This document shows positions 13,399 to 26,650 of a stretch of DNA of 64,000 nt, piece by piece. A program made the translations under genes and the position numbers. This stretch comes from Fimbriosthenelais zetlandica. Taxonomy: Eukaryota. Each line of letters opens with the position of its first letter. Position 1 is the first letter of the stretch. The stretch covers positions 17,174,001 to 17,238,000 of the forward strand of contig OZ365113.1 in assembly GCA_977030845.1 (NCBI GenBank). The letters run 5' to 3'. The notes under the pieces are model-generated. The model saw only the letters and a list, made by a program, of their open reading frames with translations, was not told the origin of the DNA and ran no database searches.

Positions 13399-15470
13399 AA
13401 TTATAATTCTCAGTCTAACCAATCGTATAGTAAGATCAGGTGATAGTCACTGAATGTTCGTCAGCATTTTTCTTCTGCTCCGGGGTTTAATTTGGATGTC
13501 CTCGTATATAAGCCTGAAGTGTTAACAGAGCTAATAATACATTCTATAGAAATTCTCTCCCTGCTTCTTTCTCGCCTCCCTGAAGGTATTTGCCTTTTCT
13601 AAGTCTCTGTTTCCAAATAGTGTCATCACTCTTTAAAGCTGTCAGGAGAGATGTGCCGTGGCTTGCAGGCCTTGTCAATGCAGTTGTACATAGCACTAAC
13701 TGTTAGCAGTGCCCAAAGGAGGAAAGCTGCTTGCCTCTTGTTGCCTGTCGTCCAAGGTGAAACATGACTTATCAGGGAATCATTTTCTTAAGCTTCTCAC
13801 TCTTCACATGTCCTCCTGTGTTTTCAAAGATGAAACATCTTATTCTTCTTATTCTCTATGAAATCAATGATCAGCCACAGGGTTTTTATGCACAGTCTTT
13901 GTGTTCTTCCTTTCAAGGACATCGCCATTTTCGGCCTATTGATCATGCCATGATATAGCATTGAGTGCCTTTGACATCACCCATTATATATTTCACATCT
14001 ACACACACCTGTTACCTACTCTCTCTCTCCTCCATACCTCACATGGCGTGCTGCTGCAGCTCTACAGCCCACCTGTGCTCATGAAAACCTACATCTCCTC
14101 TCCCCACCACTCCGCTCAATCAATGCTCTGCTGTAATTTCCCAAAGCTCTTTTCCTTCCCATTCAGCTAATGGACATGTCCTTAAAATGCGAACTCTGGG
14201 ACAGATTAGTAGTTCTTGCTGATGTTTAAAAACTCACAAATTCTGAGTTCTTTTCTTCTTTTTTTATCAAGAGGAGGGTGGCCGGGCGATGAAATCATAT
14301 GCATGGTCTCTCCAGGATCCAGATCACGATGGGCATAAAGGAATTCAAATGAAACACTTGGAAATAAATGGGATTTCCTTAGGTTTTCTACAGGGGTTTC
14401 ACGTCCAACCATAGAAGGAAGCAGACATTGATTGGGCATTGTTCTGGATCAGACATCCTATCTCAGTTCTGAGGAGTCTTTGTAGTCTTTATGCTGCAGG
14501 GAGAACTATTGTGGGAAGCATTTATTAAGGATCTTCCTGTCTGATGCCAGGCATGAGAGTCGACATGAATGATGCTATCATTGACAGTTTCCAAAAATAC
14601 TCCAGACAGAATGAATGATAAGAGAGATAGTTTCCCAGGCAGGGGGTCTGATGAGGAAGTTAACATTTCATGATTGTCATTGACAATTCCAAACCAGTGC
14701 TTGAACCAGGCAATATAAACTGAAATGATATTCAAGTCATAAGTATTGTCCACAACACCGTAATGATACATTCTACATAGTATACAACATATAAACCAAA
14801 CCAGACACCAATGGTAATTCATGGTGGCTCACACCGGCAAGACTTGCCCCGATCTTTCAGTCCGCTGCTGTTGGGTGCTATCCATTTCAATGAAGAGGAC
14901 CACCAACCATGCATGCCAGCTATGACCATTTAGAACACATTAGTTCCATTAGGTTTCAAATTTGTTTTTGTGAGTTGTGTATGGAAAGAGACCTCTTATG
15001 ATGGTATGCTCAGTATTCCCCTCTGGCGTGGATTCCGCTGTTTGCTTGTCCTGCCAATTTTACACCCACTTTCTAACTGATGAGCATGAACTATTTATAG
15101 AAACCTCCCTCCACTAGATGTCTATCAGTCCGGATAAACTATTTTTGTACTCAATTTAGGCAGAGTAAATGAAGTAGTAATTTGTGCGGGGAAATGTTCA
15201 TTATGGTCTGTGTAAAAGGATTCCCTTTAGATATTGCCTTCGTCAAGGGAACATTTTGTATCCCAATTCCCACCGGCATATAAATGGTTTCCTCTGGTAT
15301 GAGAATTGTGTTAATTTTTATATATATAATACATATTTCTACTCGATTATACTTTCATTTTACATCAGTAGTGGAGTAGGATAGCTCCCCAAGCTATATG
15401 CAGGAATTGTAGTTGACATTATAATCATGCAGCCTGTTCCAAAACCATCCACCATATTACTCCCAACCTA

Positions 15471-15498
15471 CCACCACCACCACCACCACCACCACCAC
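15471..15498 (+). repeat. (CCA)9 microsatellite
   Basis: Uninterrupted CCA repeats; they account for the poly-Gly tract in ORF 15425..15874. Confidence 0.95.
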
Positions 15499-16637
15499 TT
15501 CCAACACCCATCTCATCCTCTGCTCTTGCCATTGATTGAATTAAACCTTCAATGTTTGCAACGGGGCCAACACTACCCTGACTTTTAAAAAACCCCATCA
15601 GAAATAGGAAGAAGAAGTAACTCGGGTTTGCTTCGAGTGTATAAAATAGCAGCCATTTAAGGCTGATTGGACAGTTAGACGCGGAGACGTGGTGAGATTT
15701 TCTCGATGACAGGATGAAATGACAGACGATGACTATCATACTGCCTCCCAACCGAGATATCTGCAGATAAGTGTTATCAGACTCGTTCACCCCTCGTCCA
15801 TCCGGAATGGGCGTTCCTTGGCGTCTTGTATCCATAGAAACACAATCTCCTGCATAACCTATGCTGATAGGCATGGAGAAATGAGGCGCAGCAAGAAGCC
15901 ACTGGGAAGTAGTGTACTCTTGCGATGGAGAAGTAGAAGTGTTGGTAGTGAAGGCAGTTGGTGGGGATGGGGTATATGTGTTGGGGGGTGGGGGGAACCT
16001 AGCTATGATAGGGCCCCAGGCGGAAGCTGAGGTGGAGTTAGTAAGAGAAGAGCGGAATCAAGTAGAGTTGGGTTGCAGGAGATTAAGTTGGGTTGGGAGA
16101 TCGGGAACAAGGCAGACAAAGAGTGGAAATGGTAGCAAACATATAGTCATGATTAGACTGGGTATGAACTGGGGAAAAGCAGAGATAATCGATAGGCAAT
16201 AGACTACAGCTAGTGAAAAAGATAGACCAGAGAAAATAATGATCTGCCACATAAAACCATTGGATTACCATAGTACAATAGTATAGCTATCATCTCTTGG
16301 TTTTGTACCGCCATTAAAGCAATAAAGCATTTGCATATCGGCAGTATACAGTATATATTAGACATGTACCCATTAGTAGGGAAAAGGGAACCGTCCACCT
16401 AAACATCATAAGATCTCTGTAGCCTAGGCCTAATTAGGACAAGGCCTAGGCCCTATATTTAAAAAGTATTTCAAGCAATTCCTTCTCAGAAGTACCCCTT
16501 GCCAGTTGGCTGTGAAGGACTGTCAAAGGACTTTACATATGCTTGTCAATGGACCCACATTGGTGTCGTGGTCCCATCATTCCTCCTTGACTAACTGCCT
16601 TTCCAGGAAAAATATAGCCTAGTATGACTATATAGTG

Positions 16638-16704
16638 CCCCCCCCCCCCGACAAAAGATTCTATGGTAGAGGGGGCCGTGGCCCCTGTACCCCCCTACGC
16701 TAGT
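16638..16704. mobile_element. Possible orphan terminus of a GC-rich non-autonomous DNA element (MITE-like)
   Basis: C12 run at 16638-16649, then GGGGCC-GT-GGCCCC mini-hairpin and CCCCCCTACGCTAGT. Resembles ends of 'CAGTGGCGTAG...CTACGCCACTG'-type animal MITEs from memory. No partner terminus seen. Confidence 0.25.
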
Positions 16705-19700
16705 AGTTTTCTTTCTTTAGATTGTACATGGAGGAATGTTTATGAGAAGTGGACATTTTGGGTTCATTAGATGCGCAGGCTCTACCTGTTCTACCTCAGC
16801 GAATCAATATGGGATCGATGGAGGTGGGGTTGGGGTAGAAGGGTTGAGGATGAGGTAGGGGGAGTTACTGAGTAGGCTCCCACTGTCATGATGAAACCAC
16901 CCACTTAGACCGAAGGTTGGAAGAATTTCCACCTCTTCCCAGCTTTATACCAATTAAACCTGAGAGAATCGATGGAATGGCTACCGACACTTTAATTAGG
17001 TTCAGTCAAGGACAATAGGGTCCTTATCTCCCTGTGGAAATAACTCTACATCCAGTTGTTTAATTGCAAAATGTATAGAAAGACAAGGTTAGTTTAATTG
17101 CAACACTGCTTTTAGGATAAGAAATTTGCTCCGCATGGATTACTTCCGATTTGTGCATTCATCAAGGTCTGGCAGTTTAATATGATGTTAGGTGGATGCT
17201 ATCCTGTTATGCTAGAAAATGTAACTGTATAATATCATGAACTTACTGATACGTTTCTTTCTTGCAAGGATGCAATATATCTGGATTAATTTATTATCAT
17301 TATTATTCAACCTTGGTTTTGGACTATCAAGCTCTGTTTTGCTCCCTTCATAACGTTGCTCCTAGTCACTTATAGGCTGTTTACACCAGTCTCCTACAAA
17401 TGAAAACCCCCTGCAAATATGCATTCAGAACGCTGTCAATTCTTAATGTACATAGATAGCGTCAGGGACTGAGTAACCAATGTAAATGAGCAAAGTACAG
17501 AGAGGATCAGCCTATTAGATAACAGGATCTGGATCCAAGACCAGAAAAAGCTACATCAGTCTACTGTACAGAGGCATATAGATGAAAGGACCAGGATTAC
17601 TGGATGCTTTCGTAATCAAGTTATTTAACATAAATACCAGGCATAGTATAGCGTAGATTCCAATTAGTATTAGTTGCAATTGACCCATTTCTAGTTTACA
17701 TTATCAGATAATTAGATTAATTCTTCAAAAGTAATCATTGTGCACGAATTCATGAATTCTATAGAGTATGGATCAATCATATTTTCCCAGCCGGATTCAA
17801 AATTTTCGTCTCAGCGTTAAAGATGTATTAGTTAGATGTGTTAGTTAGATCAAGTCTTACAGTTCTCACCAACTAAATCATATGTAACTCCTCCCTGAAC
17901 ATAAACGTATTTGTCCTCCTAAATCATATTAGCACACGTCCCTTTAGAAAAATGTAAAAGGGTGAAAATAGCTTTGTTAATTTCTATGTGGAGAAGCCGC
18001 CGGCTGGATTTAGTGCCGGTATCATGGGTTTAGAGCTTCAGTGGCGAGATAATACTCTGTTCATTCCCTCTGGCAGATTTTGGCCCACACTTTTCAAATC
18101 CCTTTAAACGCCTCAGAGGTTAATGTCGATGAAAATCCATTAAGATTCTACGCCTCTAACAGGACGTGTGCCACGTGATGCGCATACCACGTGATGCACA
18201 CGTTGTTAACACGCCGCCTAAAACACCAATGCCGCAGTGAATGTAAATGGAAAATGGGAGCGTTACACGCCCGCCTGATTTTCTTTGAGAGCTAATGGAA
18301 AGCCCACATCTCGCTGGAGGATGTGGTGCGAGCTCCTCATGCCGATTGTCTCTTCTTAAAAGCATCTAGGACAATCAAGAACATTGCCAGGTATTGCGTC
18401 GGTTTCCTTTCCTTATTCTGCTCACACTTGTAACACTTTGGAGATGGCATCCGGTTTGCAACATAGTGTGGAAAAGAATTGCTTCTCTGTGGTATTGCCA
18501 TTCCAGGGAATGCTATGAATTGCTTTTGGGTGGTTTAATTAATGCGATTTACCACAAGTGATATTAAAAAAGATTCTTGGAAATCAATGTTCCCAAGTCG
18601 TTTTATGCAGTCACTTATTGGTGGCATATCCACAGTACTTTTCTGGCTGAAGGAGGCTATCGAGAACAACACTTACTTGTGATTATATTCTGTACTTACA
18701 GCTGCTGAAGCTATGGCTATATCCCTTTCCCGGAAGGCGGAAAAGCTGAAGCTCGACCGTGCAAAATGTGTCCCCGCTCCCAAAGCAATTAAATACAAAC
18801 CCCAACCCACCTCACCTCATAATATGCTGGACCTGCCTGTGGCAGCCGCAGGTGATGAGCCAGAGGCGCACTTTCCAACCAGACGCATGGAAAGTTGTAT
18901 ATATTTGATCACCAATTGATAAAGAGGGAGAGCATATATCATTCTACAGGAGACGACTTGGCTAAATGTATTCACACCATGATCAATCAATGAACATCTA
19001 GTGGCTGAAGCTGAAGAATATGCACACATACCGGTAACACGATAGATATTACCGATAGATCATGCTGTCATGTATCACCACAGCCTCTGAATATCATAAA
19101 CATTTTGCAAACAGGCCTTCGTTAAATGCCTGCCAATCTCCCCATTCACCATATCTTCCATCTCTGCAAGCAAATGCAAATGAGAGCAAGGAATGAACGG
19201 CCACCGGCATGAGAATAGCGGTCTATGCAAAAGCTTCACCAGAAAGATTACTCAAAACCGGCATTATACTTCCAACAAAGAAGAATATCCCTCATCCTTC
19301 CATCGATATAATTAAAAGCATCTAGGCTAATAGAAATCCAGATGCCACCCAGTAGAAAATAAAAAAATTTCCTTCGCCCTTATGTAAATTCTAAAACGGA
19401 AATGATAATAGGATTTATCCACCAGCATGATGTTAAGTAAATCAACTGAAGACATCAGCATGCAGGATAGAGTAACTCGGACAAATACTTAAACACTTTT
19501 TGGGGAAAGGATGTGGGTTTAGTTTGCCAAAGATTCCTTTCACCATGTGCGCTCCATTTCTCTAATTCCATTCCGAGTAAGGTGAATTTTAAGTGATAAG
19601 CCTCGCCTTAGTCCTAATCCTGATCCAAAAAGGCCCAAATAGGGTTTAAGCCCAGTGTTCGTTAAAATGTCCCATGCTAGTCTTTTATACCCACAATGGA

Positions 19701-21500
19701 TCCCAGGTTTAAGCGTGAGGATTTGATGGGATCATATTGCCCATAAATCTTCTGACATATGGTGCAGGATTAAAGCATGTACTTCTCCTCGACTATTTGC
19801 ATAAGGGCAATGCGTGTAAATTTTCCTGTACATCCTTCAAGCACATAATAATATATCCTCTGTCTTCCATTAAAAAAACCCTTTTCATAGTTCATGTGTT
19901 ATGGATAGTGTCCAATCCATTGCAGCTTTTAATTCATTCAAGTTTTAAATCCATGTTTTAGGAATTGAATTGAATTTAAATGCGCTGGGAGGGTCTGAAC
20001 CCGTCTCCAGGTGCTTAGTATAAGTAGAAGCAGCCATTGCTATGCCAAACTGGTCATAGCCCTATTGAGACCAATGGTGCGGAGACGGGCAGAAATGCCT
20101 CTAGGGACATAGGGGGAACTAACCACATACGCCTACTAAATAAACGAAGGATATATGCCAAGCCCAACTGCTCAGCGATGATAATGGCCGACCAGTGTGA
20201 GCCTCATGTATGAATAACAAGAAGCTAACACACATATTCATACATGGGAGAGAAACAGCCATAAAAACAGAGATTAATTTAGACTTAATGTGACGATGAT
20301 TAAATCCTATACCTCCCAGGAGGCTTCTCACAGATTTTTTGCTTACCGGAGGCTCAGATTGAAAGGAGGGAATAGGCAAAGTCTAGTGTAGCAAGAAAAT
20401 GAACAACACGTGACTTGTGTATCTGTAGAGAACAATTATGATTTGTTTTAATTTTGTGGCGTACACTTGTCATGTAAAGGACAAAAGACAACTCAATCGT
20501 CCATACATGCTCTTGCATAGAAGTTTTATCATATATTGTCCAGTTCTCAAATGTACCAACGATGTTTTGCAGGGCCCTGTTAGAGAAGAAAATTGTACTA
20601 GACTAGCCTGAGGGAGAGCCCTTCGCCCATCGACATGAACCTCCATGGGGGCTGACATGGCCTATTAGTTTTGCTTCATCAAAACCTTCGGAACACCAGA
20701 GAAATTGAGAAAAGAGTTGAAAAGAATATGAATTCATGTATCATCCTTTAAGAAGCTGATGGCGTGGAATAAAAAGCTGACCTCTTCGCCCCAGTTCCTC
20801 AGATTAGGCACTCAGCTGGGGCCGTAATGGAAATCGAAACTCACTGACACGGTCGCCTCGAGTCCCAGAGGACTAGACCTCTTCTAAATCATCACTCCAC
20901 ACCTTTTTACTTAACGTTCCGGTTTCTTTTTGCAATGATTCTCGATATTTTCAAACACAATCTCGAGTCTCTTCTCACAGTTTTAGGTGCTGGATCTTGT
21001 CTTGAGGGCACTGCTCTTGATGTTTTGAAGGATGAATTTTTATCATGGCTCTTCTTCGCTCGTTCACTATAAGGCGCAGTAGTGAATTTTGATAATATTC
21101 AAAATGAGATCTGTTGACAGGCCAATCTACTGAAATACTGAAAGATTTCAAAATACAGTGATTTTCTGTCTAACTGTATAAAACCACTTCACAGAGCACC
21201 AGCTTTATTATTAAAGCTAGGTTTGAAGGCAGCAGACTGTTGGCCTGATGGCAGATAACTGCCTCTGATATAAGGTAGTATATATACTAAGGCCATCAAT
21301 TATTAACTTCTTATGCAAACGAGATGTACTTTATCATTATATCTGAGTCAGACCATGTCCTGAGCCAGGCCACTAGGGGGTTCATGCATTAACAGTGTCA
21401 GCTGAAAACCGATCCACCCTTTGAAGGTCTTAATACTGCGAATATCCTCAAGCTCTCTGGGACTCATGCATGCAGAATAATGTTCCAGAAGATGCTTCTT

Positions 21501-21599
21501 GCGTTGCAAAAAAACTCAATCTATGGCCTAAGGATTGAAGCCATACATTGCTTGTTTGAAAAAAAAGCCACAAGATTGAGAATAGATCCATGGGTTTGA
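21501..21599 (+). mobile_element. Degenerate Ty1/copia RT fragment
   Basis: In-frame ALQKNSIYGLRIEAIHCLFEKKATRLRIDPWV*, resembling 'LxKSIYGLKQ...DPCVY'. Confidence 0.4.
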
Positions 21600-24500
21600 G
21601 GTGAAAGCTGCAATTCATTCTGCATGAATGTCACTTCTTGGTACAGGATTTTTGGGCCAAAGAAGAAAATGTGAGCTTGGAAGTCATAGGACATAGCTTC
21701 ATAGTTTTTTTTACAGATTGAAGCCACATTTCTCTGAGTGATAAAATAAGTCTGGTTTGAAGCAATATCGCTTTATCCAAACAGATAAGTCAGAAATATG
21801 GTCAGCCAACCAAGAATGACAAGGCCAAGTATTTCATAGCTAAAATAGCTAAAACAGGTGAGATCTTTCGCAGATTGTCTAATCAGCTGAAGTATTTAAA
21901 TGTGAATTTATGTTTAAAGTCGCCCAGAATCGGATCCGTTCATCACTCTCAAAGGCAGTCAGGAAGCCTGAAAGGGGTTTCTGCCCCGTAATGTTGACCC
22001 AGCTAATTGCCATTGCAAAGCACTTCCGCTATATCATTTTAGAAGCTCGTAGATTAACCCCGAAAGACTAGGCCTATCTCTCTGCCTGGAGCTGGTTTCC
22101 GCCAAGGCTGCCATTTTATCAATCCATAAATTCTCCTCAGACAACCATTATGTTTGAGTTAAGGTCCCGATCCCGCCTTGGAAATGCAGCACTCCTCTCA
22201 GCTCCCCAACATAACCCCTGACCCGGGCAGACTTTCAAGTGATGTATGGTTTAAACCAGTGGAGAAGAATTCTTGTTCTTGAAGGTGGTCCTTGTGCCTT
22301 TAATGAGAATAAAAATGGCGCCCAATTACCGGGCCAGACTCGTGGGAAATTGAATCGGATATTTATTGTCCTCTTCTAAGGTCTTGGATTAGTTTTTCCC
22401 ATTTGGACAGAATATTTGGAGTACTTTTAACTACTTTTCTGAAGGAAACACAAGCTCCTGTCCCAGTCTTCTTTAGCACGATTTTAGCAGGATAATGAAG
22501 ACCCCTGTCTATCAAAACAAGGAAAGATGTCTAAGGCTTTAGATTAACTTTTTGAATACCAGCTCGCCATGCAGGTTGCAATCCTCCTATATTTTAAAGG
22601 ACCCTCCTAGCCATACATCAAACTTCTTATCGACTCGCCCTTGACATACCATGACCTTGACAGATTTAAGAGTGCCGCCCCACAAGTCAGTCAACTCAAA
22701 TCTTCTCTGCTTACTACTTCTCACCAATTGGTCAGAAGAGGGATTGATGCCCTGGTTATAGGCATTGCTGAAGGTTTAATAGGCACCCAGTCCATGTCGG
22801 CCATCACACAACGAGGTGCAGCACATAGCAATGACGATGATTTGCACCTGCTAGAACCCTCTAGCAGTTAGCCGTTACATTCCTACCTCCTTTTGATTCT
22901 TTGAAGGACTGGTGAGAACTGTTAAAGCGGCTTGGGATGGGGCAGTAATGGTGACGAAGAAGGCTCGCGAGTTGACGATGTTGATGGAGAAAGCACCTCC
23001 CCTTAGGTAGCTCTTTAGGTTGATGGTGGATTGACATGATGGGTGCTTATCACCTGAATGACCCATTATATTTCGAATTATATATCCGGCCAGGAGAAAA
23101 ATGATAATAGACATCTATAGAAATAATTGAAAACAAGGAATAATCCATCATTACCTCGTTTGCAAACTTCAATGTAACTTGGATGGAATTAGTTCTCCCC
23201 ACCACTTAACTAATGGCCTTTCACACTTGCTTCTCCATTGCGAGCACCATCTACAGCAGAACTCATGGCTCTGCAAATGTATAAGAGGCAGGCGGAAGCG
23301 AACATTGCGGCCCTGAAAAGTGTGAGGCCCAATTAGTGCCATTGTGGCGACTAAAAAACTATTCAGCTTTTCAAAAATCAATAGCGAGCTGCCGAACAAA
23401 TGATCGGGATAGGACAAGAATGGTAAATGGGCCTTTAGTGTCTCTTTGGTGAGGAATAAATACAAGTTCAAGAGGGCATTGTCAGATGGTATTATCATTA
23501 TTCCATCATAGTTCTAAATTTAGCCATTTGGGCCTTCAGAGCGTGCAGCATTTGAACAGCACGTTTGGTGGGGAGAATAATAGAGTTCTAGACTGGCTTT
23601 TATTCAACTTGGCTTCCACAATGGTGATTTTTCACTCAATTTCATCTTCTTATGATACATCAGTATATACAAATCTTTCATTAGTATATTTTATATCATT
23701 TTAGTGCCTTTTGGAATCATGATGACAGCATATATTAAAGATAGTTGGCCAGTTGATGCAGTATCAAACACTATCATGCAACGGGACACATCAAAGCCAG
23801 CATTACAGGTATATGATGTCACCCTAGGTTCTAGCTTGCCAGAAAAGCAACATCAAATGTCATTCATCACACGAGCCTTCCTATACAATTTATGAAGCTC
23901 AGTGATAAAGTTAAATCTTTTGATGTTTGCCTTTAGCCGCCTATAAACGGCGGAATACAGTTGCCCATTCAGCAAGCCTTGCTTCATTTCATCCATCTTA
24001 GCCTCCTATACTACAGCAGCTTATAAAGGGCCGAGTACGTTTCCGGTACAGCTCCCACACTCAATGTCCACTGCAGTCTGGGTGTCCCGTAAGTGGGAAC
24101 AAAAGGGCGTAATTCTTTGTGGGCTTACAGTGTCTTTTATTGCAGGCTACCACAATTCAAAATAGGCCACATCCAGCCCAGAGAGTTGGCTGTAGGCGCA
24201 CGATGCCCACGTGTATCAATATTTAATGCTTTATGTAAATTCCAATGAATGCTCATCTATTATTTGAAACATGGGAGTCTATCGATTGGCAGAAAGAACG
24301 TATATGCAAACTTGATGAAGTGTTGGTGAATAGCCCAAGTCTAATGTGTGGAAGTCATGACACCGTGCGGCTGATCGATAGGCTTCCAATAACCGATCTC
24401 ATTTATTGTGCTACACCCATTAGTACTGTTGAGGATAAATAATCTAATCATAAAAGCACTAGAATTACACTGGAAAGTGGCGAGTTTTGTTATATATCCT

Positions 24501-25235
24501 ATTCACATTTTGTCCATTTACCTCGAGGAGCTCAGTAGTAGTGCTGCCTGTGCAATTTGTGCATTTCTATATAAAAAAAACTCATATTTTGAGCAGCAAT
24601 TCGGATTCAATATAAATGAAATGAACAAAAGAAAGGCGAACAATGAATATAGACAAATGTAACAGAAATATGTCTATATTGGTTCAAGCGTAGATCTATT
24701 GTCGACATAAAACCACAGCTGTGTTTGCTGGGAGAGACTATAGGCTTAGTAGTGGTCTGGTTTTGTTAGGAACACGTGGTCCCCAGCCTCACCAGATCTC
24801 GGTCAATTCTCAGCCGCCAGGAAAGAGAGTATAGCTGGCCACCAAGTGTGATGATTGGACAAAAAACCCTATCTACGCAAGATGAATTCCTGACCAACCA
24901 TCTGCAACTTCTACTTAGTGCAGGTTCAGTTTGGGGTGAGGATTTCACGTTGTCTGCCCATCAAATTACAGGCAGCAAAGTTAACACTCCTCCCCTCCTA
25001 GTTTAGCCAGCTACCCCTCAATACATAAAACCTGATCTGCCATGGTACATATGCTTGCCATTTTCTCAGCTATTGAAAGAGAGGCAAAAAACGAGAAAAT
25101 TGTTAACAACAGCGACCATGATGTTAGTGAAGAGAATTTGGTGCTTGTATTCATACAAACTGAAGTGTAAACTAAACCTATCTAGTCATTGCAATGCAGA
25201 GTATTTACGCTGGCTAATACCTAAGTGGATTGACC

Positions 25236-25400
25236 TCTCTCCAGGGTGTTGGCAGAGTTCAATGGGATATCGCTGAGGGTATCTTTTCACAAATGGGTTG
25301 TATTGTGGAATCAAATGAGACAATGATTCATCACTACGTAATAGTCAGTCTAGAGATACTCATTATTGATACATCATTATTTATGGATTATTTGCTGATT
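25236..25400 (+). mobile_element. Degenerate Ty1/copia RT fragment
   Basis: SLQGVGRVQW...QMGC...IIDTSLFMDYLLI resembles 'YGLKQAGRxW...xGF...LYVDDLLI'. W-to-FMDY spacing of 39 aa is close to copia. The catalytic DD is lost. Confidence 0.45.
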
Positions 25401-26309
25401 TATCAGGCATCCGAGGATGGATTGGCTTTGCTTATTGGTGATATCACTTGCTGCCCAATGCTCATGCCAGGATTGTCAAAGTCAATCCAATGAAAAATGA
25501 ATGCAGTAGATAGTATGTGCTGATCAACTTCTGCAGAGACTCAGTAGAAATCTCATAAGGGGAACAAAAGGAGCAGCAGGTCGATGGTGGTCGGTTAAAT
25601 TAATGGCTCAGACTTCTGTTGGTTTGGCAGACCTGACATGTATATATATGGGATTGGTCATTATCTGGCAGCAGTGTGGTCTTGTGTGGAGCTCACAGCA
25701 CAGTGGTCAACTCGGTAGACTGACAGCTGTAGTGGTGTGTAGGCTGTATGTGAGGAGCTGGGGCAGGCAGGGTTAGACTGGCAACCATTCAAGGTTGGCA
25801 GGTTTCAGGTAGACCTATAGTGAATATGTTGGGCAAGGAATGGACCGTGGTCCGAGGGAATGACAAGGATTAAATAAGGGAATCCATAAAGAATAGAGAG
25901 ATGGACAGAAGTTGGCAGACGAAAAAGATACAATTACAGTTTAGAGTCTCGGTATCGGATATTGATGCACTTGAGCCAGAGAATATATTGAACAGGTCTC
26001 CAAAACAGGTTGCCTCAATAAAAATTCAAAGTTGGACTGGAAATGCTGGTGACCTGTCCCCTTAAGTTTATAACCTCATTATACATTATAAGACCATTAA
26101 AACCATTATCGAAAAAGACAATAATATATGAGATGAGATACAGATCTCTATTTTGCCATAACTAATGAAGTGAAAGGAACTGCTAACAAGATTACGTTGA
26201 AAGACACACACAAAGATCACATAGTCCCATCATTTGCTTGACCGTGTCACCCAAGTTTCCTTGGTGGAAAGGCAGGCGACATTTGGGTGTGTAGACTACG
26301 CATGCTCCG

Positions 26310-26650
26310 ATGCTGCAGTGGTGGTGGCAGCAGCAGCGGCAATGGCAGTGGTGTCACGTGTTGTCCGCTTGAGCTGCACAGCCAGCCTCCGCTTTTCAGT
26401 CAGGAGGCGGCATGCTGGAGGGTCCGCTTCTACTCCTACAACTCTAGCAGGCATCGCTCCTCCCTCAGTCCTACATTTAAAACTGCCAACAACATCAACA
26501 ACTCGCAGCCTCCGTAATAATCATCATGATCAGGATGGAAGAAGCAGCAGCATCAGCAGAAGGAGAAGTAGCACCTGTCCAATATGGAGCGATTTGGATC
26601 CAAGGAGAAAAGGAGCAACTACTACTTCTACAGCAGCAAGGAAAGGTTGA
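26310..26650 (+). other. Low-complexity GCA/CAG-rich, ORF-like segment of unknown nature
   Basis: Runs of GCA/GGT/CAA triplets give overlapping Ala/Ser/Thr/Gln-rich ORFs in several frames. No identifiable domain. Confidence 0.3.

Noticed and set aside
15425-15874. Longest ORF (149 aa)
   Set aside because: No homology signal; the poly-Gly end is simply the antisense of the (CCA)9 microsatellite.
17427-17441. 15-nt exact match AGAACGCTGTCAATT also at 46946-46960
   Set aside because: A few 15-mer matches are expected by chance in 64 kb, and the flanks do not extend the match.
17746-17759. 14-bp palindrome GAATTCATGAATTC
   Set aside because: Expected by chance at this length.
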